Shown here: in pieces, positions 30,581-39,423 of the stretch
Layout of the letters: each line of letters begins with the position of its first letter
Numbering within the stretch: position 1 is the first letter of the stretch
From: Candidatus Tectimicrobiota bacterium
GTDB taxonomy: Bacteria; JACPUC01
DNA: 48,259 nucleotides
Assembly (NCBI GenBank): GCA_016192455.1
Contig: JACPUC010000028.1
Coordinates: 62,001-110,259, forward strand
Reading direction: 5' to 3'
The notes under the pieces: model-generated
Told to the model about the DNA's origin: nothing
The model's database searches: none
Seen by the model: only the letters and a program-made list of their open reading frames with translations
Made by a program: the position numbers and the translations under genes

Positions 30581-30610
30581 TGAAGTTCCCCCGAAAGCGG
30601 GGGAACTTCA
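30581..30610. terminator. perfect 13-bp hairpin just after the grdB-like stop (terminator or stabiliser)
   Basis: TGAAGTTCCCCCG-AAAG-CGGGGGAACTTCA between the convergent tRNA-Arg and grdB-like genes; no clear U-tract. Confidence 0.6.
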
Positions 30611-30611
30611 G

Positions 30612-31943
30612 TCACACGGGGGCAACCCAGTCAAAGATGCGCGGCGCCTGGACTTCGGTTGTCAGCGCTTGGGTTGCCACCTCCACGAGGGCGCGGCGGA
30701 ATTTTCGCTCCTCCTCTTCAGGCAAGTCGGGATTGCCGACCGGATGGGTGATGCCGGCGCCTCTGATGATGCGTGGCGCACCCACCATCATGGCCACGGA
30801 GGTCAGGGTGGCGATGAGTGCGGTCGGCAGGCCGTTGGCCTCCAGCTCCTTCGCCATCGCTGCCCCGCAGCGCACCCCGGTGCCTCACGTGGCGGTGAGG
30901 ATGACGCCGTGCACGCCGTGGGCGCGCAGTTCCTGCGCGATGCCACGGGCCATCGCTTGCGCCTTCTCGAGGTAGGTGGCGCAGCCGGCGGTGGTGTAGA
31001 GTCGATCATGCAGCGCGCCGATGGCCCCCGCCCGCTCCAGCTCCCGCAGTACGTCGAGCGGCACGAGGCGATTCGGGTTGTCGAGCGCATGCGTCTTGTC
31101 ATAGCCGGCGTGGATCGTTTCGTATCTTCCGGCCTCGAACTGGTCCTCCCGCCCGATCTCATAGGAGGCGTAGCGGCTCGACCGCAGGGACGGCAGGTGA
31201 TCAGGGTTGCCGCGCGGCACCAGGCCGCTCTCCGTCACCAGGGCGAGGCGCGCCCGCCGCAGATCGGCCAGCGGGGGAGCGCAGGTCACGAGAGGAGGCG
31301 GCTGGAAGGGGACCTCCGTCTTGAACGCTTCTCCCGCCAGCTTGCGCAGGAGCATGGTGACAGCGCGCTGCGAGGCGAGCTCGGTCTGGGGGACGTTGAC
31401 GCGGACGCCGCGCGGCAGGCAGCCCTCCGCCTCGCCGCCGAGGAGGGCTTCCCCCCGTCCCAGCCGCAACGCCAGGGCCGCCATGGTGGTCAGCGCCTGC
31501 CGCATGGACGAGGCGCTGGGACCGGTGCGGACGATGGCGAGGGAACGTGAGCGCCGAAAGAACTCAGCGGCGGGGTTCTCTTCATGCAGCCCGGTAAGGG
31601 CAGGAATCCCGAAGCGCTCATGCACCGCCGTGCACATGGCACCGCAGGCCAACCCGTAGCGCCCGGCGTTGAAGGCCGGCCCGGCGATGAAGAGCGCGGC
31701 ATCGCAGGCCTGCATGAGTTCGAGGGCACAACGCACCGCGCGCTCCTCCTGCTCGGCCACATAGTTGTCGCCGCAGATGATCGTGGCGACAATCCGCGCC
31801 TGCTGGCCGAGCTTCTCCTGCAAGGAGACTCCGGGGCCGACGGGACCTTCCCGCAGCCGCGGCTCGAGATGCGCCTGCGATTCGCCTCCAAGCTGCCCGA
31901 AGAACTGGTTCAGGTAGTGCACGATCCTGATGGGCGGGCTCAC
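30612..31943 (-). CDS. glycine/sarcosine/betaine reductase selenoprotein B-like subunit (GrdB/GrdF/GrdH family), 443 aa, Sec at residue 353
   Basis: ORFs 30885-31943 and 30612-30875 join in frame through TGA 30885-30887: ILTAT-U-GTGVRCGAAMAKELE; IVHYLNQFFG, GPAFNAGRYG, VPRGNPD, THPVGNP motifs. Confidence 0.93.
30858..30872 (-). promoter_or_regulatory. candidate SECIS hairpin of the grdB-like gene
   Basis: CGCTGC-GGG-GCAGCG, 12 nt 3' of the UGA on the minus strand. Confidence 0.55.
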
Positions 31944-32048
31944 CGTGCGTGCCCCCTTATTTCACGTAGACGGGTGCGAGGGAGCCGCGCCCCCTCGCGC
32001 TCCCCTATTACGCAAGCTGCCGCGCAGCTTGCGGCGAGATCGTAGCTC

Positions 32049-33308
32049 TCACAGTGGCACAGCGCGCAGCCGGGTGAAGCCGAGGGAGCTGTTGCTGTTG
32101 GGGATGTAGGAGATGGAGACAGTGGTTGCGGCATGCGGGTCGCCGTTGATGGCGGCGAAGGTGTCCCCTCCCAGGAGGCGCGAGGCCGCCGGCAGGTGGA
32201 CGCGCTCCTCGATGTTGCCGGCGCTGACGATGGCGTCGGCGGCCGCCCGCAGGTCGATGAGCGGCAGACCCTCTCCCGCTTCGTTGAGCTGTTCGCTGTC
32301 GATGAGGACGGTTTTCACGCCGGCACGCTCGCAGGCCTCGCAGTGTTCCATCAGGTCGTAGTCGCCGGCGCCGGCCGCCTCCTTGGTCATCACCACCCCG
32401 TCCGCCCGCAGCGTCTGCCGCAGCAGGCGCGCCGCCAAGCGGGCCGCGCGCTGCTTGTCCTCCAGGCGGACCGGCTGCGGGGCGAGCACCAGGCCGCGGA
32501 AGTCGAGCTGCTCGCCGTGCAGCCGCAGGAGATCCTCGACGAGTGGATGGCGTTGGTAGGAGTAGGTGTTGTTCTTTACTCCCGGAGGCATGTCGTAGTG
32601 GAACGAGACGACCGCGCCATCGAGCATCTCCGTCGGTTGCAAGAGGAACGGCAGGGCCTCCCGGATGCGCGCGCCGTAAACGAAGGTCTCGCGCAGGTCG
32701 CCGATGCCGTGGAGGAGGCAGAGGTAGGCCACCTTGGGGAGCGGAGAGGCGAGGGCGCCGTCGCCACTGCGAGGGTAGGTCTCGCGCCGCGGCGCGGGAT
32801 TGCCGAGCGCCAGGCGGGCAAGGTAGACCGCCGCCCGCAGACCCGCCGCGCGCACGGCCCGGCAGTAGGCGAGCTTGTTCATGCCGGCGGCCGGCCTGGT
32901 GCGCAGGACGACCTGGTGCAGATCGGCAAGGGGGGTGAGCTGGCGGGTTTCGGCATGCAGGTCGAGGAGGCCGCCGACAACGCCGGCCATCTCTCCCGTT
33001 TCAACCACGGCGACGCCGCGCAGCACCCTGGTCACGCCTTCCCCCACCAACCCCGGCGGCGCCACCCAGGAGGGGAAATAGGACCCATCCTCCTTAACGC
33101 AGGGCTCGCAGATGTCAAGGACGTTGAGGATGCGCGACCCATCCCCCGGCGCGGCCAGCTCGACGCGCACCTCGGCGAGACCGCTGCGCTCTTCAAGGTG
33201 GCGCTCGAGTTCGGCGCGGTCGATGACGAGCGTCGTTCCCCGCAAGCAGGAGGCGGGGCCGAAGCAAACCGCCTCGATCGGGTAGAGCTGCTTCTCTAGC
33301 GTCAGCAT
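32049..33308 (-). CDS. glycine/sarcosine/betaine reductase component B proprotein-like subunit (GrdE/GrdG/GrdI family), atypical
   Basis: VELAAPGDGSRI..VLDICEP, GEGVTRVLRGVAVV, AVRAAGLRAAVYLA, QPTEMLDGAVVS, KNNTY..QRHPLV, ADAIVSAGN; lies upstream of the grdB-like gene. Confidence 0.88.
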   Translation of the reverse strand: MLTLEKQLYPIEAVCFGPASCLRGTTLVIDRAELERHLEERSGLAEVRVELAAPGDGSRILNVLDICEPCVKEDGSYFPSWVAPPGLVGEGVTRVLRGVAVVETGEMAGVVGGLLDLHAETRQLTPLADLHQVVLRTRPAAGMNKLAYCRAVRAAGLRAAVYLARLALGNPAPRRETYPRSGDGALASPLPKVAYLCLLHGIGDLRETFVYGARIREALPFLLQPTEMLDGAVVSFHYDMPPGVKNNTYSYQRHPLVEDLLRLHGEQLDFRGLVLAPQPVRLEDKQRAARLAARLLRQTLRADGVVMTKEAAGAGDYDLMEHCEACERAGVKTVLIDSEQLNEAGEGLPLIDLRAAADAIVSAGNIEERVHLPAASRLLGGDTFAAINGDPHAATTVSISYIPNSNSSLGFTRLRAVPL

Positions 33309-33334
33309 GAGGCTCTTCCCTGGCAACCGGGGAC

Positions 33335-35083
33335 TCAGGCGCGGCGCGTCCACTTGCGCAGCGCCTCCGTGGCCGGCAGATCGACGTTCAAAGTGAGCGG
33401 GTCAATGACCACCCCGTACAGCTCGCGCGCCGCCGCCGGGGTCACGTAGCCATTCGCCACGTCGTCCGCGACCAGCTCGATGGCGCGCTCGAAGGGATCG
33501 CCGAAGCCTCCCCCGCCGCTCGAGGCGACTTCGAGCACGTCGCCGCTGCGCAGTTCGTAGAGGGCGTTGACGTCGATCTCCCGCTCCGTCCCATCCGGGC
33601 GTCGCAGGCTCAGGTGCGAGAGGACGCCGCCGCGGCCGCCGGCCAGGCCCGGCGGCGTGGTCTCGGGGCGCAGGCCCCCGCCGGCGGTGGCGCAAAGCAC
33701 CTGGTCCGTCTCCATGCGCCAAATCGCCCTCGTCCCCAGCCCGCCCCGCCACTTGCCGGCGCCGCCGCTGTCCGGACGGTATTCATAGAGAAGCTGGGTG
33801 TACGGGTAAACAAACTCGAAGAGCTCGGGGTCCGCCGCACGTGCTCCGCCGGAGGAGCTGATGGGGCCGATGTGCCCCCAGCCATCGTAGCCCTCCGTCG
33901 CGCCCGACCCCGGCTTGCACTGGTTGCTCAAGCTCGCCGTCCAGCGGCCGGTGCGGGGATTGTAGGCCGTCTTCATGGGGCCGCACCAGCGGCCCCAGGG
34001 GGCCTGCACCTGGCTGGGCACGGCTTGCGCCAGGGCCAGCCAGCCGGCCTCGACCAGGGCGGCGCAGGTGACGAGGGTGCAGCCGCTGGTGGCGGCGGGC
34101 GGACGCGGGTTGGTGACGGTCCCGTCGCGGGAGATGACGGAGACGGGCGCGGTCGAGCCGGCCGTCACCGGCACCTCATCCTGGAGCGACGAGAAGAGGG
34201 CGATGTAGGTGCAGGAGGTGGTGTTCGACAGCGGGCTGTTCACGTAGCCCTTCACTTGGGGGTCGGATTCGGAGTAGTCGAAGGTGATCGCGTCCTCGTT
34301 GACGGTGAGGGTCAGGCGGACGCCGACGAGGCGGTCCTTGACGATGCCGTCGTGATCCAAGAACCGCTCCGCCTTGTAGACGCCGTTCGGGATGCGGCGG
34401 ATTTCGCGCCGCATCTGCTCCTCGGTACCTTTCAGGTAGGTCTCGATGGCCGTCCCGACCAACGCCATGCCGAACTTCGCGGCCAGCCCCTGGAGTCGGC
34501 GCTCACCCACCACGCAGGCGCCGATCTGGCACTGCAGGTCGCCCTCGACGATGTCCGCCAGGCGGATGTTGAGGAGGAGGAACTCCCACAGATCGCTGCG
34601 CCGCACTCCCCCCTCGTACAGCTTTACGGGAGGGATGCGGATGCCTTCCTCCCAGACGTTGCTGGCCTCCGGGTTGTACCCCGACGATCCCTTCGCCCCC
34701 ACGTCGGCGTGGTGCCCGCGCGTCATCACCCAGAAGGCGACGTCGCCGGCGACCATGACCGGTTTGGCGACGGTGAAGTCGGGAAGGTGATTGTTGCCGT
34801 GGAAGGGGTCGTTGAGGAGGTAGACGTCGCCGTCGCGGATTTCCTCCCGAAAGCGCGCCGCGATGGCATCCATGGCGAACGGCGTCGATCCCATGAGAAC
34901 GGGGATGAACGCCGTTTGGGCGACGAGGCGCCCCTGGCGGTCGAAGATGGCGGTGATGAAGTCACGCACCTCGCTGAAGATCGGCGAGCGCGAGGTGCGC
35001 AGCATGCTCTCGGCCATCTCGCGGGTCACCGTCTGCAAGGTGCTGACAATCAGCGCCAACTGAATGGGGTCTGGCTTGGTCAT
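33335..35083 (-). CDS. hydantoinase B / oxoprolinase beta subunit (HyuB/OplB family)
   Basis: RTSRSPIFSEVRDF, GDVYLLNDPFHGNNHLPD, GHHADVG, EGIRIPPVKL, DSGGAGKWRGGLG, SGGGGFGDP; ATGA overlap with subunit A. Confidence 0.95.
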   Translation of the reverse strand: MTKPDPIQLALIVSTLQTVTREMAESMLRTSRSPIFSEVRDFITAIFDRQGRLVAQTAFIPVLMGSTPFAMDAIAARFREEIRDGDVYLLNDPFHGNNHLPDFTVAKPVMVAGDVAFWVMTRGHHADVGAKGSSGYNPEASNVWEEGIRIPPVKLYEGGVRRSDLWEFLLLNIRLADIVEGDLQCQIGACVVGERRLQGLAAKFGMALVGTAIETYLKGTEEQMRREIRRIPNGVYKAERFLDHDGIVKDRLVGVRLTLTVNEDAITFDYSESDPQVKGYVNSPLSNTTSCTYIALFSSLQDEVPVTAGSTAPVSVISRDGTVTNPRPPAATSGCTLVTCAALVEAGWLALAQAVPSQVQAPWGRWCGPMKTAYNPRTGRWTASLSNQCKPGSGATEGYDGWGHIGPISSSGGARAADPELFEFVYPYTQLLYEYRPDSGGAGKWRGGLGTRAIWRMETDQVLCATAGGGLRPETTPPGLAGGRGGVLSHLSLRRPDGTEREIDVNALYELRSGDVLEVASSGGGGFGDPFERAIELVADDVANGYVTPAAARELYGVVIDPLTLNVDLPATEALRKWTRRA

Positions 35084-37191
35084 CGGGAGGCCCCTCGGAG
35101 GCGGGCAAGGAGATCGTCGAGCGATGCTCCCGCCTGCAAGAGCAAGAAGTTGCCGTACTCGTCCACCTGCGCCTGGAAGGCCGGACTGATGACGATGCTG
35201 GTGGTCGGCAGCTCGATGATGGCGGGACCCTCGAGGCAATTGCCGTACTCGAGCCGCACGCCGTCGTAGACGGGCGTGAGGGTGGGGGTGGGATCGAAGA
35301 AGACCTGCCGCCGTTCGATCAACGCCGCCGTCGCCTCCCGGCCCCGCCGCGGCAGGCTCTTGAAGCGCGGCTTCTCCGTCATCCCCTCGGCGGTGAGGCG
35401 CACGGTGATGACCTCCATGGGCACCTTGGGCAGATGGTAGCCGAAGAGGGCGTCGTGGCGGTGATGGAACAGGGCGGCCACCCGCCGCAGCTCCTCCTCC
35501 GTCACCGGCGCGTCGCCGTGGGGGAGGTCGATCTCGACTTCGTTGAATTGCCCCTCGTAGCGCATCTCGAACGACACCGTCAGGCGCATCCTCGCCTCCG
35601 CCACCCCCTCGGTGCGGAGCATCGCCGTGCCCTCCGCGGTCATGGCCGCCAGGGTCTCGTTGAGGCGGGCGACGTTCACCTCCGACAGCCGGCCCGGCAT
35701 GGAGCGCACGAACTGGTGCTTCAGATCGGCCATCAGCATGCCGGCGCCGCAGAAGAGCGCCGATTCCTTCGGCACGATGATGAGGGAGATGTTAAGCTCG
35801 CGCGCCAAGGGTTCGGCGTGCAGCGGCCCCGCCCCTCCCGCGACCACCAAGGCGAACTCCCGCGGGTCGTGGCCGCGGCGCACCGACAGGAGGCGCATGG
35901 CCATCGCCATGGTGGTGTTGACGACCTTGTAGATGCCCCAGGCGGCCTCCTCGACGGTGAGTCCCAGGGGGCGCGCCGTGTGCTCCGCGATGGCGGCGCG
36001 GGCGCGGGCGGCATCGAGCAGCAGCTCGCCGCCGAAGAAGCGCTCCGGGTTGAGGTAGCCGAGCACCAGGTCGGCATCGGTGACGGTTGGCTTCTCGCCC
36101 CCGAAGGCGTAGCAGGCGGGACCGGGCATGGCGCCGGCGCTGGCCGGGCCGACGCGCAGCACGCCCGCGCCGTCCACCCAGGCGATGCTCCCGCCGCCGG
36201 CGCCGACCGTGTGGATGTCGAGGCTCTGCGCGGCGATCCGGTGCCCCCCCACCTCGGCCGCCGTGGTCAGCGACATCCTGCCGTGGTGGACCAGGGAGAC
36301 ATCGAAGCTCGTCCCCCCCATGTCGATGGTCATGAGCTCTTGCAGTCCGTGCTGTCGGCCATAGAACAGCCCGGCGACGGGACCCGCCGCGGGACCCGAC
36401 AGGAGCGTCTGCACCGCCAGGCGCTGCGACACCCGCGGCGCCACCACGCCGCCGTTCGATTGCATCAGCCGCAGCTCGCCGCGGAACCCCGCCGCCGCCA
36501 GGCGCTCCACGAGGTCGTCCAGGTAGGCGCTCAACACCGGCCCCACGGCCGCGTTCAGCACCACCGTGCTGGTGCGCTCATAGGCCCGCACCTGGGGCAG
36601 AATGGCGCTCGAGACCGAGAGGTAGCACGTCGGCAGGACTTCGCGACACAGCTCGTGGAGTCGCTCCTCGTGGGTGGAATTGAGGAACGAGAAGAGGAGG
36701 CTGATGGCGACCGCCTCGACGCCGCGCCGGCGGAACTGCTCGAGCGCCTCCCTGGCGCAGGTCTCATCCAGCGGCAGCACGACGGCGCCGTCGCGGTCGA
36801 CGCGCTCGCGCATGCCGGCGATGAGCGAGCGCGGCACCACCGGAGGCGGCGGGTTCACCTTGGCATAGTAGTAGGTCTCGCGCAGGCCGCGCCGCATCGC
36901 CAGGAGGTCCCGAAAGCCATCGGTAGTCAGCAGGGCGGTGCGGGCCAAGCGGCCCGTCAACACGGCATTGGTGGTGATGGTGGTGCCGTGGACGATGAGG
37001 CTGACGCTGCCGAGAAAGGTGGGGAGATCGCTGCCGAAGGTTGCGGCGGCCTTCCCCAGGCCGTCGATCACCGCCTTGGCGGGGGATTCCGGAGTGCTGA
37101 GCACCTTGAAGAGCCGGCTCTGGCCCTGCTCGTCCATGACCACGAAATCGGTGAACGTCCCCCCGACATCGATTCCAACCTTGACTCGCAT
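35080..37191 (-). CDS. hydantoinase A / oxoprolinase alpha subunit (ATP-dependent, HyuA family)
   Basis: GIDVGGTFTD, HGTTITTNA, YERTSTVVLNA, LSGPAAG, DMGGTSFD, GAGGGSIA, GPACY, PTVTDADL, GGAGPLH. Confidence 0.96.
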   Translation of the reverse strand: MRVKVGIDVGGTFTDFVVMDEQGQSRLFKVLSTPESPAKAVIDGLGKAAATFGSDLPTFLGSVSLIVHGTTITTNAVLTGRLARTALLTTDGFRDLLAMRRGLRETYYYAKVNPPPPVVPRSLIAGMRERVDRDGAVVLPLDETCAREALEQFRRRGVEAVAISLLFSFLNSTHEERLHELCREVLPTCYLSVSSAILPQVRAYERTSTVVLNAAVGPVLSAYLDDLVERLAAAGFRGELRLMQSNGGVVAPRVSQRLAVQTLLSGPAAGPVAGLFYGRQHGLQELMTIDMGGTSFDVSLVHHGRMSLTTAAEVGGHRIAAQSLDIHTVGAGGGSIAWVDGAGVLRVGPASAGAMPGPACYAFGGEKPTVTDADLVLGYLNPERFFGGELLLDAARARAAIAEHTARPLGLTVEEAAWGIYKVVNTTMAMAMRLLSVRRGHDPREFALVVAGGAGPLHAEPLARELNISLIIVPKESALFCGAGMLMADLKHQFVRSMPGRLSEVNVARLNETLAAMTAEGTAMLRTEGVAEARMRLTVSFEMRYEGQFNEVEIDLPHGDAPVTEEELRRVAALFHHRHDALFGYHLPKVPMEVITVRLTAEGMTEKPRFKSLPRRGREATAALIERRQVFFDPTPTLTPVYDGVRLEYGNCLEGPAIIELPTTSIVISPAFQAQVDEYGNFLLLQAGASLDDLLARLRGASR

Positions 37192-37296
37192 GGTCACCCT
37201 CGACTTCGCTCCCCACCCCTTGCCGCCGAGCGCCCGAGATGGCGACGCCTGATCGCCGCGTCCGACACCCCGAACTTTTTCCCTCAACCTTTCTGC

Positions 37297-37357
37297 TTGA
37301 CACAGAGACGCGCTTTAGGTAGAAGGGATTTTAGACCGACCAGTCGGTCAATGTAAA
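37297..37357. promoter_or_regulatory. overlapping divergent promoters with a palindromic TetR operator candidate
   Basis: Plus strand TTGACA (37297), 17 nt, TAGAAG; minus strand TTTACA (37357-37352), 18 nt, TAAAAT (37333-37328); palindrome GACCGAC-CA-GTCGGTC at 37334-37349. Confidence 0.75.
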
Positions 37358-37525
37358 GCCGAAAAGGCACCCTGAGCTGCTGCGCCCCTGACCCGTGAGG
37401 CGCTGCTGGAGACGCTTCCCAGGCGCGGCGCCCCCCCTCGGGAGCGACACGCGTAGGAGAACGCCAGCGCGCAGTAATTGCCGCCACCTCGCAGCTCCTC
37501 GGCCGTATGAACGAGAGGCGCAGCC

Positions 37526-38182
37526 ATGCCGCGGGTACAATCAAAAACGGACATCCTTGAGCGGCGACGACAGATCGCCCAGGCGGCATCGCGTGTCTTC
37601 AGCGAGAAGGGGTATGACGCCTGCACCCTGGATGACATTGCAGGGCTCCTGGACCTAAAGAAACCGTCCCTCTACTACTATATCAAGAGCAAAAAAGAGA
37701 TCCTCTCCATCGTCCTCGATTTCGCCATTTCCGAGGTCTCCAGCAATCTCGAAGCCATTTGCCAATCGCAGGTGGATCCGGCTGAGAAACTTCAACGCGC
37801 GGTGGCGAATCATTTGAATACCCTGATCCGCCACTTCCACCCCGTCCGCGTGTACCATAATGAACGCAAGGCCGTCTCCGCCAGCTACCTTTCAACCTAC
37901 ATTGCCAAACGTAAAAACTACGAGGTGATGTTTAAAGGTATCCTGCGCGAGGGAGTGCAAAAGAAACTCTTTTCGGTAAAGGATACCCGACTGACGACTT
38001 TTATGATTCTCGGCATGTGCAATTGGATCACGCAATGGTATCGACCCGGCGGGCCGCACACTCTTCCCGAAATTATTGGAGAGTTTACTGCCTTCATCCT
38101 CAGGGGCTTGGGATTAACGGGCAGAGCTGAAGACACCAATCGAAGAAGGCGAGGACGCAACGATGGACTACGATCTTCCTGA
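37526..38182 (+). CDS. TetR/AcrR family regulator with KstR2-like C-terminal domain
   Basis: FSEKGYDACTLDDIAGLLDLKKPSLYYYIKSKKEIL HTH; ILGMCNWITQWYRPGG. Confidence 0.93.
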   Translation: MPRVQSKTDILERRRQIAQAASRVFSEKGYDACTLDDIAGLLDLKKPSLYYYIKSKKEILSIVLDFAISEVSSNLEAICQSQVDPAEKLQRAVANHLNTLIRHFHPVRVYHNERKAVSASYLSTYIAKRKNYEVMFKGILREGVQKKLFSVKDTRLTTFMILGMCNWITQWYRPGGPHTLPEIIGEFTAFILRGLGLTGRAEDTNRRRRGRNDGLRSS

Positions 38183-39320
38183 CGAGTTGAAGCTCCTCCA
38201 ACAAACGATCCGCCGCGTCGTCTCCGAGCATATGATCCCCCTCGAGCCGATTACCCCCGAGGATGAGGACATTCCCGCCGATTTGCGGGCCAAGCTGGAG
38301 CAGATGGCGAAGGATCAAGGGTTGTGGTTGCTCTTCATTCCTGCAGAGTATGGTGGCGCTGGCCTCAGCATCTTTGGGCAGGTTATCGTCTGGGAAGAGG
38401 TCTCGAAAACGGTCCTCATTCCATTCCGCAAAGATAGTATTTTCGGTCCGGAAGGGTGCTCCATTCTCTTCCTCTGCAACGACCAGCAGAAAGAACGCTA
38501 CCTGTATCCCGTCATTCGGGGCGAGCGGGTGCCCTGTTTTGCCACCAGTGAACCCAACGCAGGTTCCGATCCTTCAGCCATGACCACCACGGCGGTGAAG
38601 GACGGCTCGAGCTACCTCCTCAACGGCAAGAAGACCTGGGTTACAAGTGGCGATAAGGCCGATTTCGTTCAGGTTGTCGCCGTCACCGACCCCGCCAAAC
38701 GTCAGCGCGGCGGCATCACTGCCTTTCTGGTAGACATGGATACTCCAGGGTTGACGATTACCGGCAAGTTCGAGCTGATGATGGAAGATCGTCCGAACGA
38801 GTTCACCTTCGAGAACTGCCGCGTGCCGGAAGCCAACATCCTCGGCGAGATAGGCCAGGGGTTTGTGATCAGCCAGACCTGGATCACCATGGGTCGGCTC
38901 CGTCAAGGGGCAAAGGCGCTCGGCGTGGCGCAGCGCTGCCTTGATATGGCCATCGAGTATGCGAAGCACCGCGTCACCTTCGGGAAACCGATCGCCACCC
39001 GCCAGGCGGTTCAGTTCATGATCGCCGATTCTGAAGTTGAGCTTCATGCGGCGCGCCTCATGGTGTACCACGCCGCCCAGAAGCTCGACAAGGGAGAGGA
39101 TGCCCGCCACGAGGTGTACATCGCCAAGCTCTACGCCAACGAGATGGTCGGCCGGGTTGTCGATCGCGCCTTGCAGATTCACGGCGCGATGGGGTTAAGC
39201 AAGGAGCTGCCGCTGGAACGCTGGTATCGAGACGTGCGCAGCCGCCGCATCACGGAAGGTCCGTCGGAGATCATGCGGTGGGTGATCGCGCGCAAGCTTC
39301 TGGGCAGGGTTTCCGACTAG
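38163..39320 (+). CDS. acyl-CoA dehydrogenase
   Basis: IPAEYGGAG, TSEPNAGSD, LNGKKTWVT, RVTFGKPI...QAVQFMIAD, ALQIHGAMG, RRITEGPSEIMR. Confidence 0.95.
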   Translation: MDYDLPDELKLLQQTIRRVVSEHMIPLEPITPEDEDIPADLRAKLEQMAKDQGLWLLFIPAEYGGAGLSIFGQVIVWEEVSKTVLIPFRKDSIFGPEGCSILFLCNDQQKERYLYPVIRGERVPCFATSEPNAGSDPSAMTTTAVKDGSSYLLNGKKTWVTSGDKADFVQVVAVTDPAKRQRGGITAFLVDMDTPGLTITGKFELMMEDRPNEFTFENCRVPEANILGEIGQGFVISQTWITMGRLRQGAKALGVAQRCLDMAIEYAKHRVTFGKPIATRQAVQFMIADSEVELHAARLMVYHAAQKLDKGEDARHEVYIAKLYANEMVGRVVDRALQIHGAMGLSKELPLERWYRDVRSRRITEGPSEIMRWVIARKLLGRVSD

Positions 39321-39423
39321 CGGCCTCGCCCCCGACACCCAGCCGCGCTACGTACGGCCGGGCGGGCAACCGTGAACTGCAAATCCAGGCGGCGGGTCCT
39401 CATTCCTGAAGAGGAAGGCAACC

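Noticed and set aside
30612-31943. Pseudogene interpretation of the split grdB-like and redoxin ORFs
   Set aside because: In both genes the TGA sits exactly at the family's catalytic Sec/Cys position with a downstream hairpin, and the frame is otherwise intact
33614-37356. 551-aa and 640-aa plus-strand ORFs
   Set aside because: Antisense shadows of hyuB and hyuA
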